Shown here: one piece after another, positions 30,353 through 43,226 of the stretch
Position numbering within the stretch: the first letter of the stretch is position 1
How the letters are laid out: every line of letters begins with the position of its first letter
Assembly (NCBI GenBank): GCA_019561615.1
Contig: JAHEQA010000029.1
Span: 1-64,000, forward strand
Length of the DNA: 64,000 nt
Reading direction: 5' to 3'
DNA from: Methanothermococcus sp. SCGC AD-155-E23
Lineage (GTDB): Archaea; AGJL01; Methanococci; Methanococcales; Methanococcaceae
Program-made: the position numbers and the translations under genes
Notes under the pieces: generated by a model
Databases searched by the model: none
Seen by the model: only the letters and a program-made list of their open reading frames with translations
Told to the model about the DNA's origin: nothing

Positions 30353-31666
30353 TCACTCTTTTACTGTAACATATAAATTATCACTTTCTATAGCCACTAA
30401 TTTTGATACAAATTCTGCGGGAACAGAAACTATCAGTAAATACTTAGCATCCTTATCAAAGATCTGGGTATCTGAGGTTATTTTATTAAATTTTTCTCCA
30501 TACCTTCCAAATTTTTTCATGACTTTATAGTAATCTAGTTTTTCTGCAGCTGTTGCATAGATTATCCCTGGAATATTTTCAAGAGAATAACGAATATTAG
30601 AGTTACTTTCAAGTATGGATATTTCGTCATCGTCCTTATGAACATAGGATGCATCAATACGTTCTGTATACTCAATCTTATCCACTAGTAAATAGGAGGA
30701 GAGTATTCTACCCTTAATTGGTTTTGTAGCATTATTTTTGTCATAAATCCATATCTCTCTTCCTTCTAGGGGTATGTTACCACAGTGAGTTGCAGGGACT
30801 ACAATTGCCACCTTACTGTAGATGGCAGGGACTATTATATTTGGTTTTTGAGAGAGGTTTTTAAGATCTGCTAAACTTAACTTTTTTATGTAATCAAGTA
30901 TTTTACTACCTTTCCACTCTTCTCCTTCCCCAAAGAAATAAACAATATAATTCTTGTTAGGATCAATCTTATTCCCTATATCTATGAGGTAATACATCTT
31001 TGCATTTTCTTCAATGTTACTTTTTCTTAGTATATTATCTATCTCCTCCTTAGATTTAGCCTCCTGTATCTTACGCACGATAGATTGGGCATATAAACTT
31101 TCAAAGTAGTACTTCCCGTAAAGCTCCTTAATGTACTTAATTTTTTCTTCTTTATACTTGCTAAGTTCTACATATCTTTTAGCCTCCTCTACAATTTTTT
31201 TTATATCTTCTTTAGAAGTACTACTCTCAATCTTAGCTAGATAGATATGAAGTTGAGGATCCCTTGTGTAATTATAATCTTTAAATATCTTCTCAATTAC
31301 ACCTTTTGCCTCCTCTTTTGTCTTCCTAAGTTCTATATACCGTCTGGCCTCCTCTATTATTCTGTTTATCTCCTCTATGGAATTACTACTCTCAATCTTA
31401 GCTAGATAGATATGAAGTTGAGGATCGTGGGGATACTGTGAAAATATTTTTTTAATATTTTCTATAGCTACCTTTTTAGCCTCCTCTAATTTCTCAGCAC
31501 GTTTTGCCGTCTCTATTTGATATATGTTATAGGCTATAAGGGGTAGAAGTACCATTACTATAATAGCAATTACTACAACAACGATGAATTTAAATCTACT
31601 CCTAGGTGTTATTTTACTTCGCTCTTTTATCCTTTTCAATCTCTTATTAAAATCCTCTTTTACCAT
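30353..31666 (-). CDS. Membrane-anchored DUF515-like protein (methanococcal pilus locus type)
   Basis: Basic N-terminus, single TM helix, repeated helical units. Confidence 0.6.
   Translation of the reverse strand: MVKEDFNKRLKRIKERSKITPRSRFKFIVVVVIAIIVMVLLPLIAYNIYQIETAKRAEKLEEAKKVAIENIKKIFSQYPHDPQLHIYLAKIESSNSIEEINRIIEEARRYIELRKTKEEAKGVIEKIFKDYNYTRDPQLHIYLAKIESSTSKEDIKKIVEEAKRYVELSKYKEEKIKYIKELYGKYYFESLYAQSIVRKIQEAKSKEEIDNILRKSNIEENAKMYYLIDIGNKIDPNKNYIVYFFGEGEEWKGSKILDYIKKLSLADLKNLSQKPNIIVPAIYSKVAIVVPATHCGNIPLEGREIWIYDKNNATKPIKGRILSSYLLVDKIEYTERIDASYVHKDDDEISILESNSNIRYSLENIPGIIYATAAEKLDYYKVMKKFGRYGEKFNKITSDTQIFDKDAKYLLIVSVPAEFVSKLVAIESDNLYVTVKE
31219..31426. repeat. 43-bp perfect direct repeat inside the DUF515-like gene
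   Basis: TACTACTCTCAATCTTAGCTAGATAGATATGAAGTTGAGGATC at 31219-31261 and 31384-31426 (offset 165 bp = 55 codons). Confidence 0.92.
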
Positions 31667-31789
31667 TATATCCCTCGGAAATACCTAAATTGAGTTAAAT
31701 ATAGAGGTGTTATGAGATTAATTTATATTTGTATGCTATATATAACTTAGGATCTACTAACTACTAAAAGTGCCGATAAAGGGATAAAA

Positions 31790-33046
31790 ATGGACAGAGA
31801 AATGTTCAAAGAGGCTGTAGAGATAGCCTCCGATCTAATTAGGATAAAATCTGTCAATCCAGCCTTTGGAGGTACTGGAGAAAAGGAAAAAGGGGATTAT
31901 GTCCTAAATAAGTTAAGGGAGTACATAGAGAGATACAATATAAAAAACTGCCATATCACCAACTACGACACAGTAGATAAGAGGGGGATAGTTAGACCTA
32001 ACATCGTTGCAAAATTTGACTTTAAAAAAGATAGAACCCTCCATATTATCTCCCATCTGGATACGGTACCAGAGGGGGAGTTAAGCCTCTGGGAATCTCC
32101 TCCCTATGAACCAAGGATAAAGGAGGGGAAGATCTACGGGAGAGGTAGTGAAGACAACCACAAGGGGATAGTATCCTCCCTGATACTTTTGAAGATGATA
32201 TCTGAAAGTAAGGATTTCAATCCAAAGTACAATCTAAGTCTCATATTCCTCTCCGACGAGGAGTGTGGTAGTAAATACGGTATTCAACATCTTTTGAAGT
32301 ACGAGAAAGAGGTATTCAGTAAAGACGATCTCATAATAGTTCCAGACTTTGGCACCCCCGAGGGTAACTATATAGAGATTGCAGAGAAGGGTATACTCTG
32401 GCTTAAATTTAAGATTAGGGGAAAACAGTGTCATGGAAGTACTCCAGATAGGGGAATAAACGCCAATATCCTAAGTGCAAACTTTATAAGGGATCTATAC
32501 ACTAGACTCTACTCCAAGTACTCCAAGGTTGATCCCCTCTTCTCTCCTCCCTACTCAACCTTTGAACCTACCATGATAGTGAACAACGTGGAGAATGTGA
32601 ACACCATTCCAGGGTATATTGAGTTCACCCTGGACTGTAGGATACTACCTGATTATAAACTTGAGGAAGTTCTAAGGGATGTGGAGGAATTTATGGAGAA
32701 CTTTAGGAAAAACCTGGAGAAATATCTGGTACATTACGACAGGACATCCTTAGATAAGGTCTCCATAGACTACAAGGTACTTCAGAGGGGAGATCCCTCA
32801 AAAACTCCTGAAGATTCTGAGATTGTCTTGGAAATAGGTAAGGCTATAAAGAAGGTACTGAATAAGGAACCTATTCTCTGTGGTATGGGGGGAGGTACCA
32901 TAGGGGCCTTCCTTAGACACAGAGGCTACGATACCGTGGTATGGGGAATAGGTGAGGGCACTGCCCATCAACCCAATGAACATATCAAGATTGAGGATAT
33001 GATAAAGATGGCAAAGGTCTACTACCATGTACTTAACAACGAATGA
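31790..33046 (+). CDS. M20 family metallohydrolase (DapE/ArgE-like)
   Basis: SHLDTVP, GRGSEDN, DEECG, QCHGS, AHQPNE. Confidence 0.9.
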   Translation: MDREMFKEAVEIASDLIRIKSVNPAFGGTGEKEKGDYVLNKLREYIERYNIKNCHITNYDTVDKRGIVRPNIVAKFDFKKDRTLHIISHLDTVPEGELSLWESPPYEPRIKEGKIYGRGSEDNHKGIVSSLILLKMISESKDFNPKYNLSLIFLSDEECGSKYGIQHLLKYEKEVFSKDDLIIVPDFGTPEGNYIEIAEKGILWLKFKIRGKQCHGSTPDRGINANILSANFIRDLYTRLYSKYSKVDPLFSPPYSTFEPTMIVNNVENVNTIPGYIEFTLDCRILPDYKLEEVLRDVEEFMENFRKNLEKYLVHYDRTSLDKVSIDYKVLQRGDPSKTPEDSEIVLEIGKAIKKVLNKEPILCGMGGGTIGAFLRHRGYDTVVWGIGEGTAHQPNEHIKIEDMIKMAKVYYHVLNNE

Positions 33047-33065
33047 TCCTCTATCAGGTGGCATC

Positions 33066-35765
33066 ATGAAGATCCATCACAACTACAGGGTAAAGCTCTT
33101 TGAGGAGAAGGGATTTGTGAGAAAGAGATGTGAAAGGTGTGGTCAGTACTTCTGGACCTTGGACGAGGAGAGAAAGACCTGTGGGGACAGCCCCTGTGAT
33201 ATGTACTCCTTTATTGGAAACCCTATAACTAAGAAGAGATACTCCTACACCGAGATGGTTAAGACATTTTTAAAGTTCTTCGAGAGACATGGACATACGC
33301 CTGTAAGGAGATATCCTGTAACTGCTAGAAGGTGGAGAGATGATATCTTATTAACTATAGCCTCTATTGCAGTATTTCAACCCTGGGTTACAAAGGGTAT
33401 AGTGGAACCTGTGGCGAATCCCCTGGTAATCGCCCAACCCTGTATTAGACTAAATGATATAGACAACGTTGGGAGAACTGGGAGGCATTTAACATCCTTT
33501 ACAATGGGAGGACACCACGCCTTCAATAAAGAGGATAGAGAGATCTACTGGACAGATAGGACTGTAGAACTTTGTTTTAACTTTATGAAGGAGTTAGGTA
33601 TCCCTGAGGAGTCACTAACCTTCATAGAGAGTTGGTGGGAGGGTGGAGGTAACGCTGGACCATGCTACGAGGTAACCTCCCACGGAGTAGAGTTAGCCAC
33701 TTTAGTATTTATGAAGTACGAGAAGGTAGGGGACACCTATAGGGAGATGCCCCTGAGAGTTGTAGATACAGGTTATGGGATAGAGAGGTTCCTCTGGGTA
33801 TCCCATGGAACACCTACCATCTACGATGCCCTCTTCAGCAACATCATTGAGAGGTTAAAGGAGAGTGCCAGAAATATTCCTGGCGAGTCTCTAGATATGG
33901 AGGAGATTCTGAAAGAGAGTGCCACACTTGCAGGCCTCATGGACATTGAGGGGAGAGGAGATCTAAAGATACTTCGAAGGGAAGTTGCAAGAAGGTTGAA
34001 TATGGATGTGGAGAAGTTGGAGAGGATACTTACACCTATGGAGGACATATACGCCATAGCAGATCATACAAGATGCCTGGCCTTTATGCTGGGAGACGGT
34101 ATAGTTCCATCCAATGTTAAAGAAGGCTACTTGGCAAGACTTGTCCTGAGGAAAACCCTTAGATATATGGAGAAGGTAGGTATTACCCTCTCCCTTGGGG
34201 AGATAGTAGACCTCCACCTTGAGGAGTTAAAGGAACTCTATCCAGAGCTACTGGAGATGAGAGACTATATAATGGATGTAATTGATGTGGAGGTGAAGAG
34301 ATATAGGGAGACCTTAAGCAGAGGTAGAGGTATAGTGGAGAGACTCCTAAGGTCTAAGAAAGAGATTACCCTCGAGGATCTAATAGAGTTATACGACAGT
34401 AAGGGAATACCTCCCGAGGTTGTAGTGGAGGTGGCTAGGGAGATAGGAGGGGATGTTAAGATAGAGATCCCAGATAACTTCTACACCTTAGTTGCAGAAA
34501 GGCATGAGAGGAAAAAATCTGAGGAGAAGGAAGATAAGAAGAAGGATCTACCTCCAGTGGGTAAAGATGTTGAGAAAACCCAACTATTGTTCTACACATA
34601 TCCCAAGATGAGGGAGTTTGAAGGTAGGATATTGAAGATAGTAGATAACTACGTTATACTTGATAGAACCCTCTTCTACCCTGAGGGAGGAGGGCAGAAA
34701 TGTGACACTGGGACTATCCAAGGTAGGAGGGTTGTAGATGTACAGAAAAAGGACGGCATAGTATACCATAAACTCTCCAGTGTAGAGGGATTAAAGGAGG
34801 GAGATGTGGTAAAAGGTGTTATAGACTGGGAGAGGAGGGTCAACTTGATGAGGAATCACACTGCAACCCATATTATAAATGCAGTGGCCCAGATGGTACT
34901 GGGAAAACATGTATGGCAGGCTGGATCCGAGGTAGGTCCTGAGAAGAGTAGGCTGGATATCACCCACTATAAGAGGATATCAAGGGAGGAGATTAAGAGG
35001 ATGGAGGAGTTAGCCAATAAGATCGTATTGGATAACATACCTGTAAAAACTACCTTCATGGATAGAATGGAGGCTGAACAGAGGTATGGATTCAGGATAT
35101 ACCAGGGAGGAGTTGTGCCAGGAAATAAATTGAGGATAGTGGAGATAGAGGGGGTTGATGTAGAGGCCTGTGGAGGTACCCACTGTGAGAGCACCCTAGA
35201 AGTGGGGTATATAAAGATACTTAGAAGTGAGAGGGTACAGGACGGTGTAGAGAGGCTAGTCTATACAAGTGGTATAAATGCCGTCAAGGAAGTTAGTGCC
35301 ATGGAAGATATACTACTTCAATCCTGTGAGATTTTAGGAGTACCTGTGGAGAGGTTGCCTAAGACTGTGGAGAGATTCTTCAAGGAGTGGAAGAAACAGA
35401 GGAAGGTTATAGAGGAGTTGGAGGAGAAGATTGGAGAGTATAAAAAGTATATGTTGATGAATAAATTTAGAAAATTGGGGGACTACCAGGTGTTAATAGA
35501 GGAGATGGAGGGTACTCCAAAGGAGCTTATGACAACGGCAGATAACTTAGTGGGGGACAACACCATAGTGGTCCTCCTTAACAGGGATGGCTATATACTC
35601 TGTAAGTGTGGAAAGAATGTGAATATAGATATGGTTAGCCTACTTAGGACCGTTGGAAAGGGAGGGGGTAGGAGGGACATGGCCCAGGGTAAATTCCTTG
35701 GAGATATAGAGGAGGTAAAGGAAAAGTTGAAAAAGGAGATAGAAAAACTGTGTAAAAATCAGTGA
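33066..35765 (+). CDS. alaS: Alanine--tRNA ligase
   Basis: [19 protein letters not shown], editing motifs HTATH and CGGTH; ATG at 33066 follows a GGTGG RBS. Confidence 0.97.
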   Translation: MKIHHNYRVKLFEEKGFVRKRCERCGQYFWTLDEERKTCGDSPCDMYSFIGNPITKKRYSYTEMVKTFLKFFERHGHTPVRRYPVTARRWRDDILLTIASIAVFQPWVTKGIVEPVANPLVIAQPCIRLNDIDNVGRTGRHLTSFTMGGHHAFNKEDREIYWTDRTVELCFNFMKELGIPEESLTFIESWWEGGGNAGPCYEVTSHGVELATLVFMKYEKVGDTYREMPLRVVDTGYGIERFLWVSHGTPTIYDALFSNIIERLKESARNIPGESLDMEEILKESATLAGLMDIEGRGDLKILRREVARRLNMDVEKLERILTPMEDIYAIADHTRCLAFMLGDGIVPSNVKEGYLARLVLRKTLRYMEKVGITLSLGEIVDLHLEELKELYPELLEMRDYIMDVIDVEVKRYRETLSRGRGIVERLLRSKKEITLEDLIELYDSKGIPPEVVVEVAREIGGDVKIEIPDNFYTLVAERHERKKSEEKEDKKKDLPPVGKDVEKTQLLFYTYPKMREFEGRILKIVDNYVILDRTLFYPEGGGQKCDTGTIQGRRVVDVQKKDGIVYHKLSSVEGLKEGDVVKGVIDWERRVNLMRNHTATHIINAVAQMVLGKHVWQAGSEVGPEKSRLDITHYKRISREEIKRMEELANKIVLDNIPVKTTFMDRMEAEQRYGFRIYQGGVVPGNKLRIVEIEGVDVEACGGTHCESTLEVGYIKILRSERVQDGVERLVYTSGINAVKEVSAMEDILLQSCEILGVPVERLPKTVERFFKEWKKQRKVIEELEEKIGEYKKYMLMNKFRKLGDYQVLIEEMEGTPKELMTTADNLVGDNTIVVLLNRDGYILCKCGKNVNIDMVSLLRTVGKGGGRRDMAQGKFLGDIEEVKEKLKKEIEKLCKNQ

Positions 35766-37579
35766 AAGACGGTGATAACGTGGATCTAAGATGTCCCATA
35801 GTATGTGTTTTAGGTCATGTGGATCATGGAAAGACCACCTTACTAGATAGGATTAGGAAGACCAGGGTATCCCAGAGGGAGGCTGGTGGAATAACCCAGC
35901 ATATTGGAGCCAGTGAGATACCAATAGATGTTATAAAGAAAGTTGCCAAGGACCTTCTAGGCATGTTAAAGGCTGATTTAAAGATACCTGGCCTCCTAGT
36001 TATAGACACTCCTGGACATGAGGCCTTCACATCCCTTAGGAAGAGGGGAGGTGCACTGGCAGACATAGCCATACTTGTAGTAGATATCAACGAGGGGTTT
36101 AAACCCCAAACTATAGAGGCTATCAATATACTAAGGGAGAACAAGACACCTTTTGTAGTGGCAGCTAACAAGTTGGATTTAGTGCCAGGTTGGAACTCTA
36201 GGGATGTACCCTTTGTCCTCAACTTCAATGAAAAGGTGCAGCACCCCAACGCCTTAACAGAGTTTGAGATAAGACTTTACAACAACATTATAAAACCTCT
36301 AAATGAGTTAGGATTCGATGCAGATCTCTTTACAAGGGTAAAGGACCTTACAAGAACTGTATGTGTAATACCAGTATCTGCACGTACTGGAGAAGGTATT
36401 CCAGATCTTCTCCTTATGGTAGCTGGACTGGCCCAGAAGTACTTGGAAGACAACCTGAGATTAAATGTTACAGGACCTGCAAAGGGTACAGTACTGGAGG
36501 TGAAGGAGGAGAGAGGTCTAGGTAAAACCCTAGATGCCATCATATACGATGGGGTAGCTAGGAGAGGGGACTACATCGTTATTGGAAACCCTGACGGAGT
36601 TGTGGTCTCAAGGGTGAAGGCACTTCTAAAGCCAAAACCACTAGATGAGATGAGGGATCCAAGGGATAAATTTAAACCTGTGAATAAGGTTACAGCTGCC
36701 GCTGGAGTTAAGATATGTGCCCCAGATCTTGATAGAGTAATAGCTGGTAGTCCCTTCAGGATAGTACCTAAGGATAAGATAGAGGAGGCTAAGAAGGAGG
36801 TTATGGAGGAAGTAGAGGAGTTAAGTATTCCAACAGATGAGGAGGGTATTATAATCAAGGGAGACACCATGGGTTCCCTGGAGGCCCTTGCAAAGGAGTT
36901 GAAAAAGATAGGGGTAAAGATCAGGAAGGCTGAGGTAGGTGATATATCCAAGAAGGACATTATAGAGGCCCATACCTACAGTAAGATAAATCCACTTTAC
37001 GGTGTAATACTGGCATTCAATTCAAAGATACTTCCAGAGGCAAGGGAGGAGTTGGAAAAATACAGTGATGTAAAGGTTATCCAGGGGAACGTCATCTACA
37101 AGATAGTTGAGGACTACCAGGAGTGGGTTAAGAAGATGGAGGAGGCCCTTAAATCAGATGAATTTGAGAAACTTACAAGGCCTGCTGTAATAAAGGTACT
37201 ACCTAACTGTATATTTAGAAAGAGTAAGCCTGCCATATGTGGGGTTGAGGTACTCTGTGGTACCTTGAGGGTAAAGAGCCCACTTATAAATGAGAGGGGT
37301 AAGAAGATAGGACATGTAAGGGAGATAAAGAACAGGGAGCAGGAGAATATAAAGGAGGCCACTGCAGGTATGCAGGTATCCATCTCCATCGAGGGAAACA
37401 TCATCCTTGGAAGACATGTAAAGGAGAACGATATACTTTACGTGGATATTCCAGAACATGAGGTTAGAAAACTTGTACATGAGTACAGGGATAGACTTAG
37501 AGAGGATGAGAGGGAAGCTTTAGAGAGGTTTATAGAGTTAAAGAGGAAGTTGGAGAATAACTTATTCTGGGGTATTTAA
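35762..37579 (+). CDS. infB: Translation initiation factor aIF5B (IF-2), no intein
   Basis: [27 protein letters not shown]; true start may be the GTG at 35780. Confidence 0.97.
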   Translation: MKDGDNVDLRCPIVCVLGHVDHGKTTLLDRIRKTRVSQREAGGITQHIGASEIPIDVIKKVAKDLLGMLKADLKIPGLLVIDTPGHEAFTSLRKRGGALADIAILVVDINEGFKPQTIEAINILRENKTPFVVAANKLDLVPGWNSRDVPFVLNFNEKVQHPNALTEFEIRLYNNIIKPLNELGFDADLFTRVKDLTRTVCVIPVSARTGEGIPDLLLMVAGLAQKYLEDNLRLNVTGPAKGTVLEVKEERGLGKTLDAIIYDGVARRGDYIVIGNPDGVVVSRVKALLKPKPLDEMRDPRDKFKPVNKVTAAAGVKICAPDLDRVIAGSPFRIVPKDKIEEAKKEVMEEVEELSIPTDEEGIIIKGDTMGSLEALAKELKKIGVKIRKAEVGDISKKDIIEAHTYSKINPLYGVILAFNSKILPEAREELEKYSDVKVIQGNVIYKIVEDYQEWVKKMEEALKSDEFEKLTRPAVIKVLPNCIFRKSKPAICGVEVLCGTLRVKSPLINERGKKIGHVREIKNREQENIKEATAGMQVSISIEGNIILGRHVKENDILYVDIPEHEVRKLVHEYRDRLREDEREALERFIELKRKLENNLFWGI

Positions 37580-37599
37580 AAATTATTATTTTTATTTAG

Positions 37600-39165
37600 G
37601 TGAGGGTTATGAAACCCTACAGGGAGGATAACGAGGTTATAAGGGAGGCTCTAAGGGATCTAAAACTTCCAGAGAGAATAAGGATATTTGATACCACTTT
37701 AAGGGATGGGGAACAGACACCAGGTGTATCCCTAACTCCAGAGGAGAAGGTGGAAGTTGCAGTGAATCTAAATAACTTAGGGGTAGATGTAATAGAGGCT
37801 GGCTTTCCAATATCCTCCCAGGGGGAGAGGGAGGCTATAAAGAGGATAACATCTCTTAACATGGAGGCAGAGATCTGTGCCCTTGCAAGGACTGTTAAAA
37901 AGGATATAGATGTGGCCATAGACTGTAATGTAGACTCCATACATACCTTCATTGCAACCTCCCCACTACATAGGAAATACAAGTTAAAGATGGATAAGGA
38001 GGAGATCTTAAGAAGGGCTGTGGAGGCCGTAGAATATATAAAGGAACATGGTATTACCGTGGAGTTCTCGGCAGAGGATGCAACTAGGACAGAGATCCCA
38101 TACTTAATAGAGGTGTATAAGGCTGTTGAGGAGGCTGGAGCAGATAGGATAAATGTACCTGACACTGTAGGGGTGATGATACCAAGGGCCATGGAGCACC
38201 TTATAAGGAGGTTGAGGGAGGAAATTACAGTACCTATATCTGTACACTGTCACAACGACTTTGGCCTGGCGGTGGCAAACTCCCTAGGTGCTGTAGAGGG
38301 AGGGGCTCAACAGGTACACTGTACTGTAAACGGTATTGGGGAGAGGGCTGGAAATGCAGCCCTGGAAGAGGTAGTCATGGCCCTCAAGATGATATATGGA
38401 ATTGAGACAGGGGTAAAAACTGAGAAACTTACAGAGGTTTCCCAGTTGGTATCTAAACTTACAGGGATAAAACTCCAGGTGAATAAGGCCATAGTTGGAG
38501 AGAACGCCTTTGCCCATGAGAGTGGGATACACGCCCATGGAGTACTTGCCCACGCCCTAACCTATGAACCTATACCTCCAGAGATGGTTGGCCAGAGGAG
38601 GAAGATTATACTGGGGAAACACACAGGTTCCCATGCCATAGAGTGTAAGTTAAAGGAGTTAGGTTTTAAAGTTGGGGAGAATATTACAGAGGAGCAGTTT
38701 AAAGAGATACTTAAAAGGATCAAGGATATTGGGGATAAGGGTAAGAGGATTACAGATGACGATGTAATAGCCATAGTTGAGGATATAACGAAGAGGACTG
38801 TAAAGGGGGAGAGGGTAGTGAACCTGGAGCAGATTGCGGTAATGACTGGGAACAAGGTAATACCTACTGCCAGTGTAATCCTAACCATAGATGGGGAGAG
38901 ACATATAGCCTCTGGGGTAGGGGTTGGTCCGGTAGATGCCGCCATAAAGGCTATCCAGTCTATAATAGGGGAGAAGATAAGGTTGAAGGAGTACAGTATA
39001 AACGCCATAACTGGAGGTACAGATGCCCTGGCAGAGGTAACTATTAAATTGGAAGGCTATGGAAGGGAGGTTACTGTAAAGGCTGCAAATGAGGATATAG
39101 TTAGGGCCTCAGTTGAGGCAGTAATAGAGGGAATAAACAGGGTTATGGCCAACAGGAAAAATTAA
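37600..39165 (+). CDS. leuA: 2-isopropylmalate synthase
   Basis: [27 protein letters not shown], regulatory domain GVGPVDA; N-terminal extension like methanococcal LeuA. Confidence 0.85.
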   Translation: MRVMKPYREDNEVIREALRDLKLPERIRIFDTTLRDGEQTPGVSLTPEEKVEVAVNLNNLGVDVIEAGFPISSQGEREAIKRITSLNMEAEICALARTVKKDIDVAIDCNVDSIHTFIATSPLHRKYKLKMDKEEILRRAVEAVEYIKEHGITVEFSAEDATRTEIPYLIEVYKAVEEAGADRINVPDTVGVMIPRAMEHLIRRLREEITVPISVHCHNDFGLAVANSLGAVEGGAQQVHCTVNGIGERAGNAALEEVVMALKMIYGIETGVKTEKLTEVSQLVSKLTGIKLQVNKAIVGENAFAHESGIHAHGVLAHALTYEPIPPEMVGQRRKIILGKHTGSHAIECKLKELGFKVGENITEEQFKEILKRIKDIGDKGKRITDDDVIAIVEDITKRTVKGERVVNLEQIAVMTGNKVIPTASVILTIDGERHIASGVGVGPVDAAIKAIQSIIGEKIRLKEYSINAITGGTDALAEVTIKLEGYGREVTVKAANEDIVRASVEAVIEGINRVMANRKN

Positions 39166-39180
39166 TCTCGAGGTGATCCC

Positions 39181-42100
39181 ATGGAGGAGGTAAAAACAGG
39201 GGTTAACTTTAGGGAGATGGATCTGGAGATAAAGAGATTCTGGGAGGAGAGGGATATCTATAGAAAGGTGAAGAAGTTAAGGGAGCATGGCCCAGAGTTC
39301 TACTTTGTAGATGGACCACCCTACTGTTCAGGTGCCATACACCTGGGAACTGCCTGGAACAAGATAATTAAGGATACTGTACTGAGATTCAAGAGGTTAC
39401 AGGGTTACAACGTACTGGATAAACCTGGCTGGGATATGCACGGTCTTCCAATAGAGGTGAAGGTGGAGGAGGAGTTCAAGATAAATTCAAAGAAGGACAT
39501 AGAGAAGAAGATTGGAACTGAGAGATTTATAGAGAAGTGTAAGGAGTTTGCACTGAGGAACAAGGAGGTTATGGAGAGACAGTTTAAGAACTTGGGGGTA
39601 TGGCTCGACTGGGAGAACGCCTATATGCCAATAGAGAGGGACTACATAGAGACTGGATGGTGGACCTTGAAGAAGGCCCATGAGAAGGGTCTCCTCTCCA
39701 AGGATCTTAGGGTAGTCTACTGGTGTCCAAGATGTGAGACCTCCCTGGCAGAGCATGAGGTAAGAGGGGAGTACAGGGAGGTTGTAGACCCCTCTATCTA
39801 TGTTAAATTTAGATTGAAGGATAGGGAGGATACCTACCTTATAATCTGGACAACTACACCCTGGACCCTCATGGCAAATATGCTAGTTACGATTCACCCT
39901 GAATTTAACTACGCCTATGTGAAGGTAACCTTGGAAGGAGAGGTTGAGGAGTACTGGATAGTGGGGGAGCCACTGGTAGAGGATGTTATTGAGAAGGCTA
40001 AGAAGGACAATAAAATAAAAGACTATCAAGTTGTGAAGACTGTTAAAGGTAGGGAGTTAGAGGGTTTAAAGTATATCACACCTCTCCTAGAGGAGAATGA
40101 GAGACTTAGGGAGTTCTCAAAGATGGAAAGGGTTCACACCGTAGCACTGGGGGAGCATGTTAGTCTAGAGGAGGGTACAGGTCTAGTACATACTGCACCA
40201 GGTTTTGGTGAGGAGGACTTTGAAGTTGGTAAGAGGTACGGTGTTCCAGTGTACTCCCCAATAGATGACAGGGGGCGATATACAGAAGGTTTATGGAAGG
40301 GTGTCTTTGTAAAGGAGGCAGATAAGTATATTATAGAGAGGCTGAGGGAGAAGGGTTTACTCCTTGCAGAGGGGAAGATAAAACACTCCTATCCACACTG
40401 TTGGAGATGTAAAACACCACTGCTCTTCAGGGCTACGGAGCAGTGGTTCCTAAAGATATCCAAGATAAAGGAAAATATAATAGAGCAGGCGAGAAGTGTC
40501 CATTGGGTACCAAGTTGGGTGGAGACTAGATATATAAATGGAGTGAAGTACGTGGGAGACTGGAACATAAGTAGGCAGAGGTACTGGGGCATACCCCTTC
40601 CAATCTGGGTCTGTGAGAGTTGTGGCTCCTACGAGGTAATTGGAAGTGTTAAGGAGTTAGAGGAGAGGATGATAAACAAGGTGGATCTAGAGGACCTACA
40701 TAAACCTACCGTGGATAAGGTACTTCTCAGGTGCCACTGTGGAGGTGTTATGAAGAGGGTGCCAGATGTCCTAGATGTATGGTTTGACTCAGGTTTGGCA
40801 CCTTACGCCTCTATGAATCTAAGGGAACTTAAAAAGGCAGACTTCATAGTGGAGGGACATGACCAGGTTACAAAGTGGTTCTACTCCCAACATGCCCTAA
40901 GTGCCATCCTCTTTAACGATGTACCCTATAAGAAGTGTATGATGCATGGCTTTGTCCTAGACGAGAAGGGGAACAAGATGAGTAAAAGTCTAGGGAATAT
41001 AGTTAACCCAGATGATGTTGTAGAGGAGTACGGGGCAGATATACTAAGGTTTTACCTCCTAAGTGCAAATAAGGTATGGGAGGATATAAAGTTCTCCTAT
41101 AATGAGTTGAAGGATGTGAGAAGCCTGTTTAATACACTGTGGAACGCCTACGCCTTTGCAGTTAACTACATGGTACTTGACAACTTCCAACCTAGAGAGG
41201 AGTACATGAGATATCTCAGAGATGAAGACAGATGGATAATAAGTAGGATAAATACTCTAACTAAGGAGATAATAGAGGACCTTGAGATACCTCACCTTCA
41301 CTCCTACACCTGGAAGTTGAGAGACTTTATCCTGGAGGATCTAAGTAGATGGTACATAAGACTTATTAGAAGTAGGACCTGGAGGGAGAGTGAGGACCCT
41401 GAAAAACTCTCTGCCTATCAGACACTCTACTACGTACTGATGAAACTGATACTTCTACTCTCTCCAGTGGTTCCACATATAAGTGAGAAGATATACCAGA
41501 ACTTGAAAACTGAGGAGATGCCAGAGAGTATATTCATGAAGAGCATCACCGTAGATGAGGAGTACATAGATAAAACTTTAGAGGAGGAGATGGGAGTAGT
41601 TAGGGAGATAGTAGACGCTATTATGAGGGGGAGGGACAGGATAAAGTACACCCTTAGATATCCACTATGGAGGATAATACTGCCAAAGAGTGTGGAGGAT
41701 ATAGTAAAGAAGTACGGTCATATAATAAAGGAGCAGGGGAATGTAAGGGAGATAGAAGTTGCAGAGTTCCAGGGAAGTATCTCTGTAAAACCAAATTACA
41801 GGGAGTTAGGTAAGGTGTTCAAAAGTGAGGTTCCAAAGGTTGTAGAGGCCATAAAGTCTATAGACCCTCAAGTTCTAAAGGAGAGGTTGGAGAAAGAGGG
41901 AGTTGTTAAAGTTGGAGGGTACGAGATAAAACCTGAGTATGTAGATTTCAAGGTGGAGATGCCAGAGAATATTGTAGGGGTGGAGTTCTCCAGGGGTAGT
42001 GTATACTTAGATGTTAAATTAACCGAGGATATCATTAAAGAGGGTCTTATGAGAGAGGTTATAAGGAGAATACAGGCTATGAGAAAGGACATGGATCTGG

Positions 42101-42294
42101 ATATAGAGGAGTGGGTAAAGATAAAGATGGAGGGTGTATCCTTTGATAGAGACACCTTGGAGTATATAGAGGGGGAGGTAAGGGGTAAATTCTGTGAGGA
42201 GGTAACACCAGACTATAATAAGACCTGGGAGATAAAGACTCCAGATAACAGGAGGTACAAGGTAGAGATAGCCATAGAGAGAATTAAAGAATAA
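39181..42294 (+). CDS. ileS: Isoleucine--tRNA ligase
   Basis: DGPPY, HLGT, GWDMHGLP, WTTTPWT, WNISRQRYWG, KMSKS. Confidence 0.97.
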   Translation: MEEVKTGVNFREMDLEIKRFWEERDIYRKVKKLREHGPEFYFVDGPPYCSGAIHLGTAWNKIIKDTVLRFKRLQGYNVLDKPGWDMHGLPIEVKVEEEFKINSKKDIEKKIGTERFIEKCKEFALRNKEVMERQFKNLGVWLDWENAYMPIERDYIETGWWTLKKAHEKGLLSKDLRVVYWCPRCETSLAEHEVRGEYREVVDPSIYVKFRLKDREDTYLIIWTTTPWTLMANMLVTIHPEFNYAYVKVTLEGEVEEYWIVGEPLVEDVIEKAKKDNKIKDYQVVKTVKGRELEGLKYITPLLEENERLREFSKMERVHTVALGEHVSLEEGTGLVHTAPGFGEEDFEVGKRYGVPVYSPIDDRGRYTEGLWKGVFVKEADKYIIERLREKGLLLAEGKIKHSYPHCWRCKTPLLFRATEQWFLKISKIKENIIEQARSVHWVPSWVETRYINGVKYVGDWNISRQRYWGIPLPIWVCESCGSYEVIGSVKELEERMINKVDLEDLHKPTVDKVLLRCHCGGVMKRVPDVLDVWFDSGLAPYASMNLRELKKADFIVEGHDQVTKWFYSQHALSAILFNDVPYKKCMMHGFVLDEKGNKMSKSLGNIVNPDDVVEEYGADILRFYLLSANKVWEDIKFSYNELKDVRSLFNTLWNAYAFAVNYMVLDNFQPREEYMRYLRDEDRWIISRINTLTKEIIEDLEIPHLHSYTWKLRDFILEDLSRWYIRLIRSRTWRESEDPEKLSAYQTLYYVLMKLILLLSPVVPHISEKIYQNLKTEEMPESIFMKSITVDEEYIDKTLEEEMGVVREIVDAIMRGRDRIKYTLRYPLWRIILPKSVEDIVKKYGHIIKEQGNVREIEVAEFQGSISVKPNYRELGKVFKSEVPKVVEAIKSIDPQVLKERLEKEGVVKVGGYEIKPEYVDFKVEMPENIVGVEFSRGSVYLDVKLTEDIIKEGLMREVIRRIQAMRKDMDLDIEEWVKIKMEGVSFDRDTLEYIEGEVRGKFCEEVTPDYNKTWEIKTPDNRRYKVEIAIERIKE

Positions 42295-42314
42295 TAATTT
42301 TTAGGGGATATTAG

Positions 42315-43226
42315 ATGGATATCTACGATGTGGTGATAATAGGTGGAGGTCCTGCTGGATTAACTGCAGGGATATACGCCATGAGGTCTAAGTTAAAAAC
42401 TATTTGTATTGAGAAGGAGAGGGAGGGGGGTAGAATAGCTGAGGCAGGTATAGTAGAGAACTACCCAGGTTTTGAGAGTATCAGGGGATATGAGTTGGCA
42501 GAGAGGTTTGTAAAACATGCCAGGAAGTTTAATCTTAACATAGTATACGATACCGTTGTAAAGTTGGACACCAGGGAGAGACCCTTTAAGGTGATAGGGA
42601 AGAACAACACATACCTTGCTAAGGCTGTTGTAATTGCAAGTGGAACTAGGGAGAAGAGGTTGGGATTAAACGAGGATAAATTCCTTGGAAAAGGTGTCTC
42701 CTACTGTACAGTATGTGATGCCTTCTTCTATCGAGATAAGGATGTAATTGTAATAGGCAGAGATACACCTGCTGTTATGTCTGCACTGAATTTAAAGGAC
42801 ATTACAAGGAGGGTAACAATAATCACAGATAAAAAAGACTTAAGAGCTGCTGAGAGCATTATGTTAGATCGATTAAAAGATGCCAAAAATATCTCTGTAA
42901 TAAAAAATGCAAAAATTATTAAGATACTTGGGAAGGAGAGGGCAGAGGGTGTTTTAATATCTGTAGATGGTGAGGAGAGGATAGTTAAAGGTGATGGAAT
43001 CTTCATAAGTATAGGGCATGAACCAAACTCCCAGTTCCTGAAGGGTAGTGGAGTTGAGTTAATCAATGGATTTGTAAAGGTGGACAGGGAGTGTAAAACC
43101 AATATTGAGGGTATATTCGCCTGTGGAGATATCACTGGAGGGGTTCTACAGGTTTCAAAGGCTGTTGGTGAGGGAGCTGTTGCAATGGCAACTGTTGTAA
43201 AGTATTTAAATAAAAGTTATCTGTAG
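42315..43226 (+). CDS. trxR: Thioredoxin reductase, probably the F420-dependent (DFTR) type
   Basis: GGGPAG and GVSYCTVCD; the NADPH-binding GGGxxA motif is replaced by GRDTPA. Confidence 0.88.
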   Translation: MDIYDVVIIGGGPAGLTAGIYAMRSKLKTICIEKEREGGRIAEAGIVENYPGFESIRGYELAERFVKHARKFNLNIVYDTVVKLDTRERPFKVIGKNNTYLAKAVVIASGTREKRLGLNEDKFLGKGVSYCTVCDAFFYRDKDVIVIGRDTPAVMSALNLKDITRRVTIITDKKDLRAAESIMLDRLKDAKNISVIKNAKIIKILGKERAEGVLISVDGEERIVKGDGIFISIGHEPNSQFLKGSGVELINGFVKVDRECKTNIEGIFACGDITGGVLQVSKAVGEGAVAMATVVKYLNKSYL

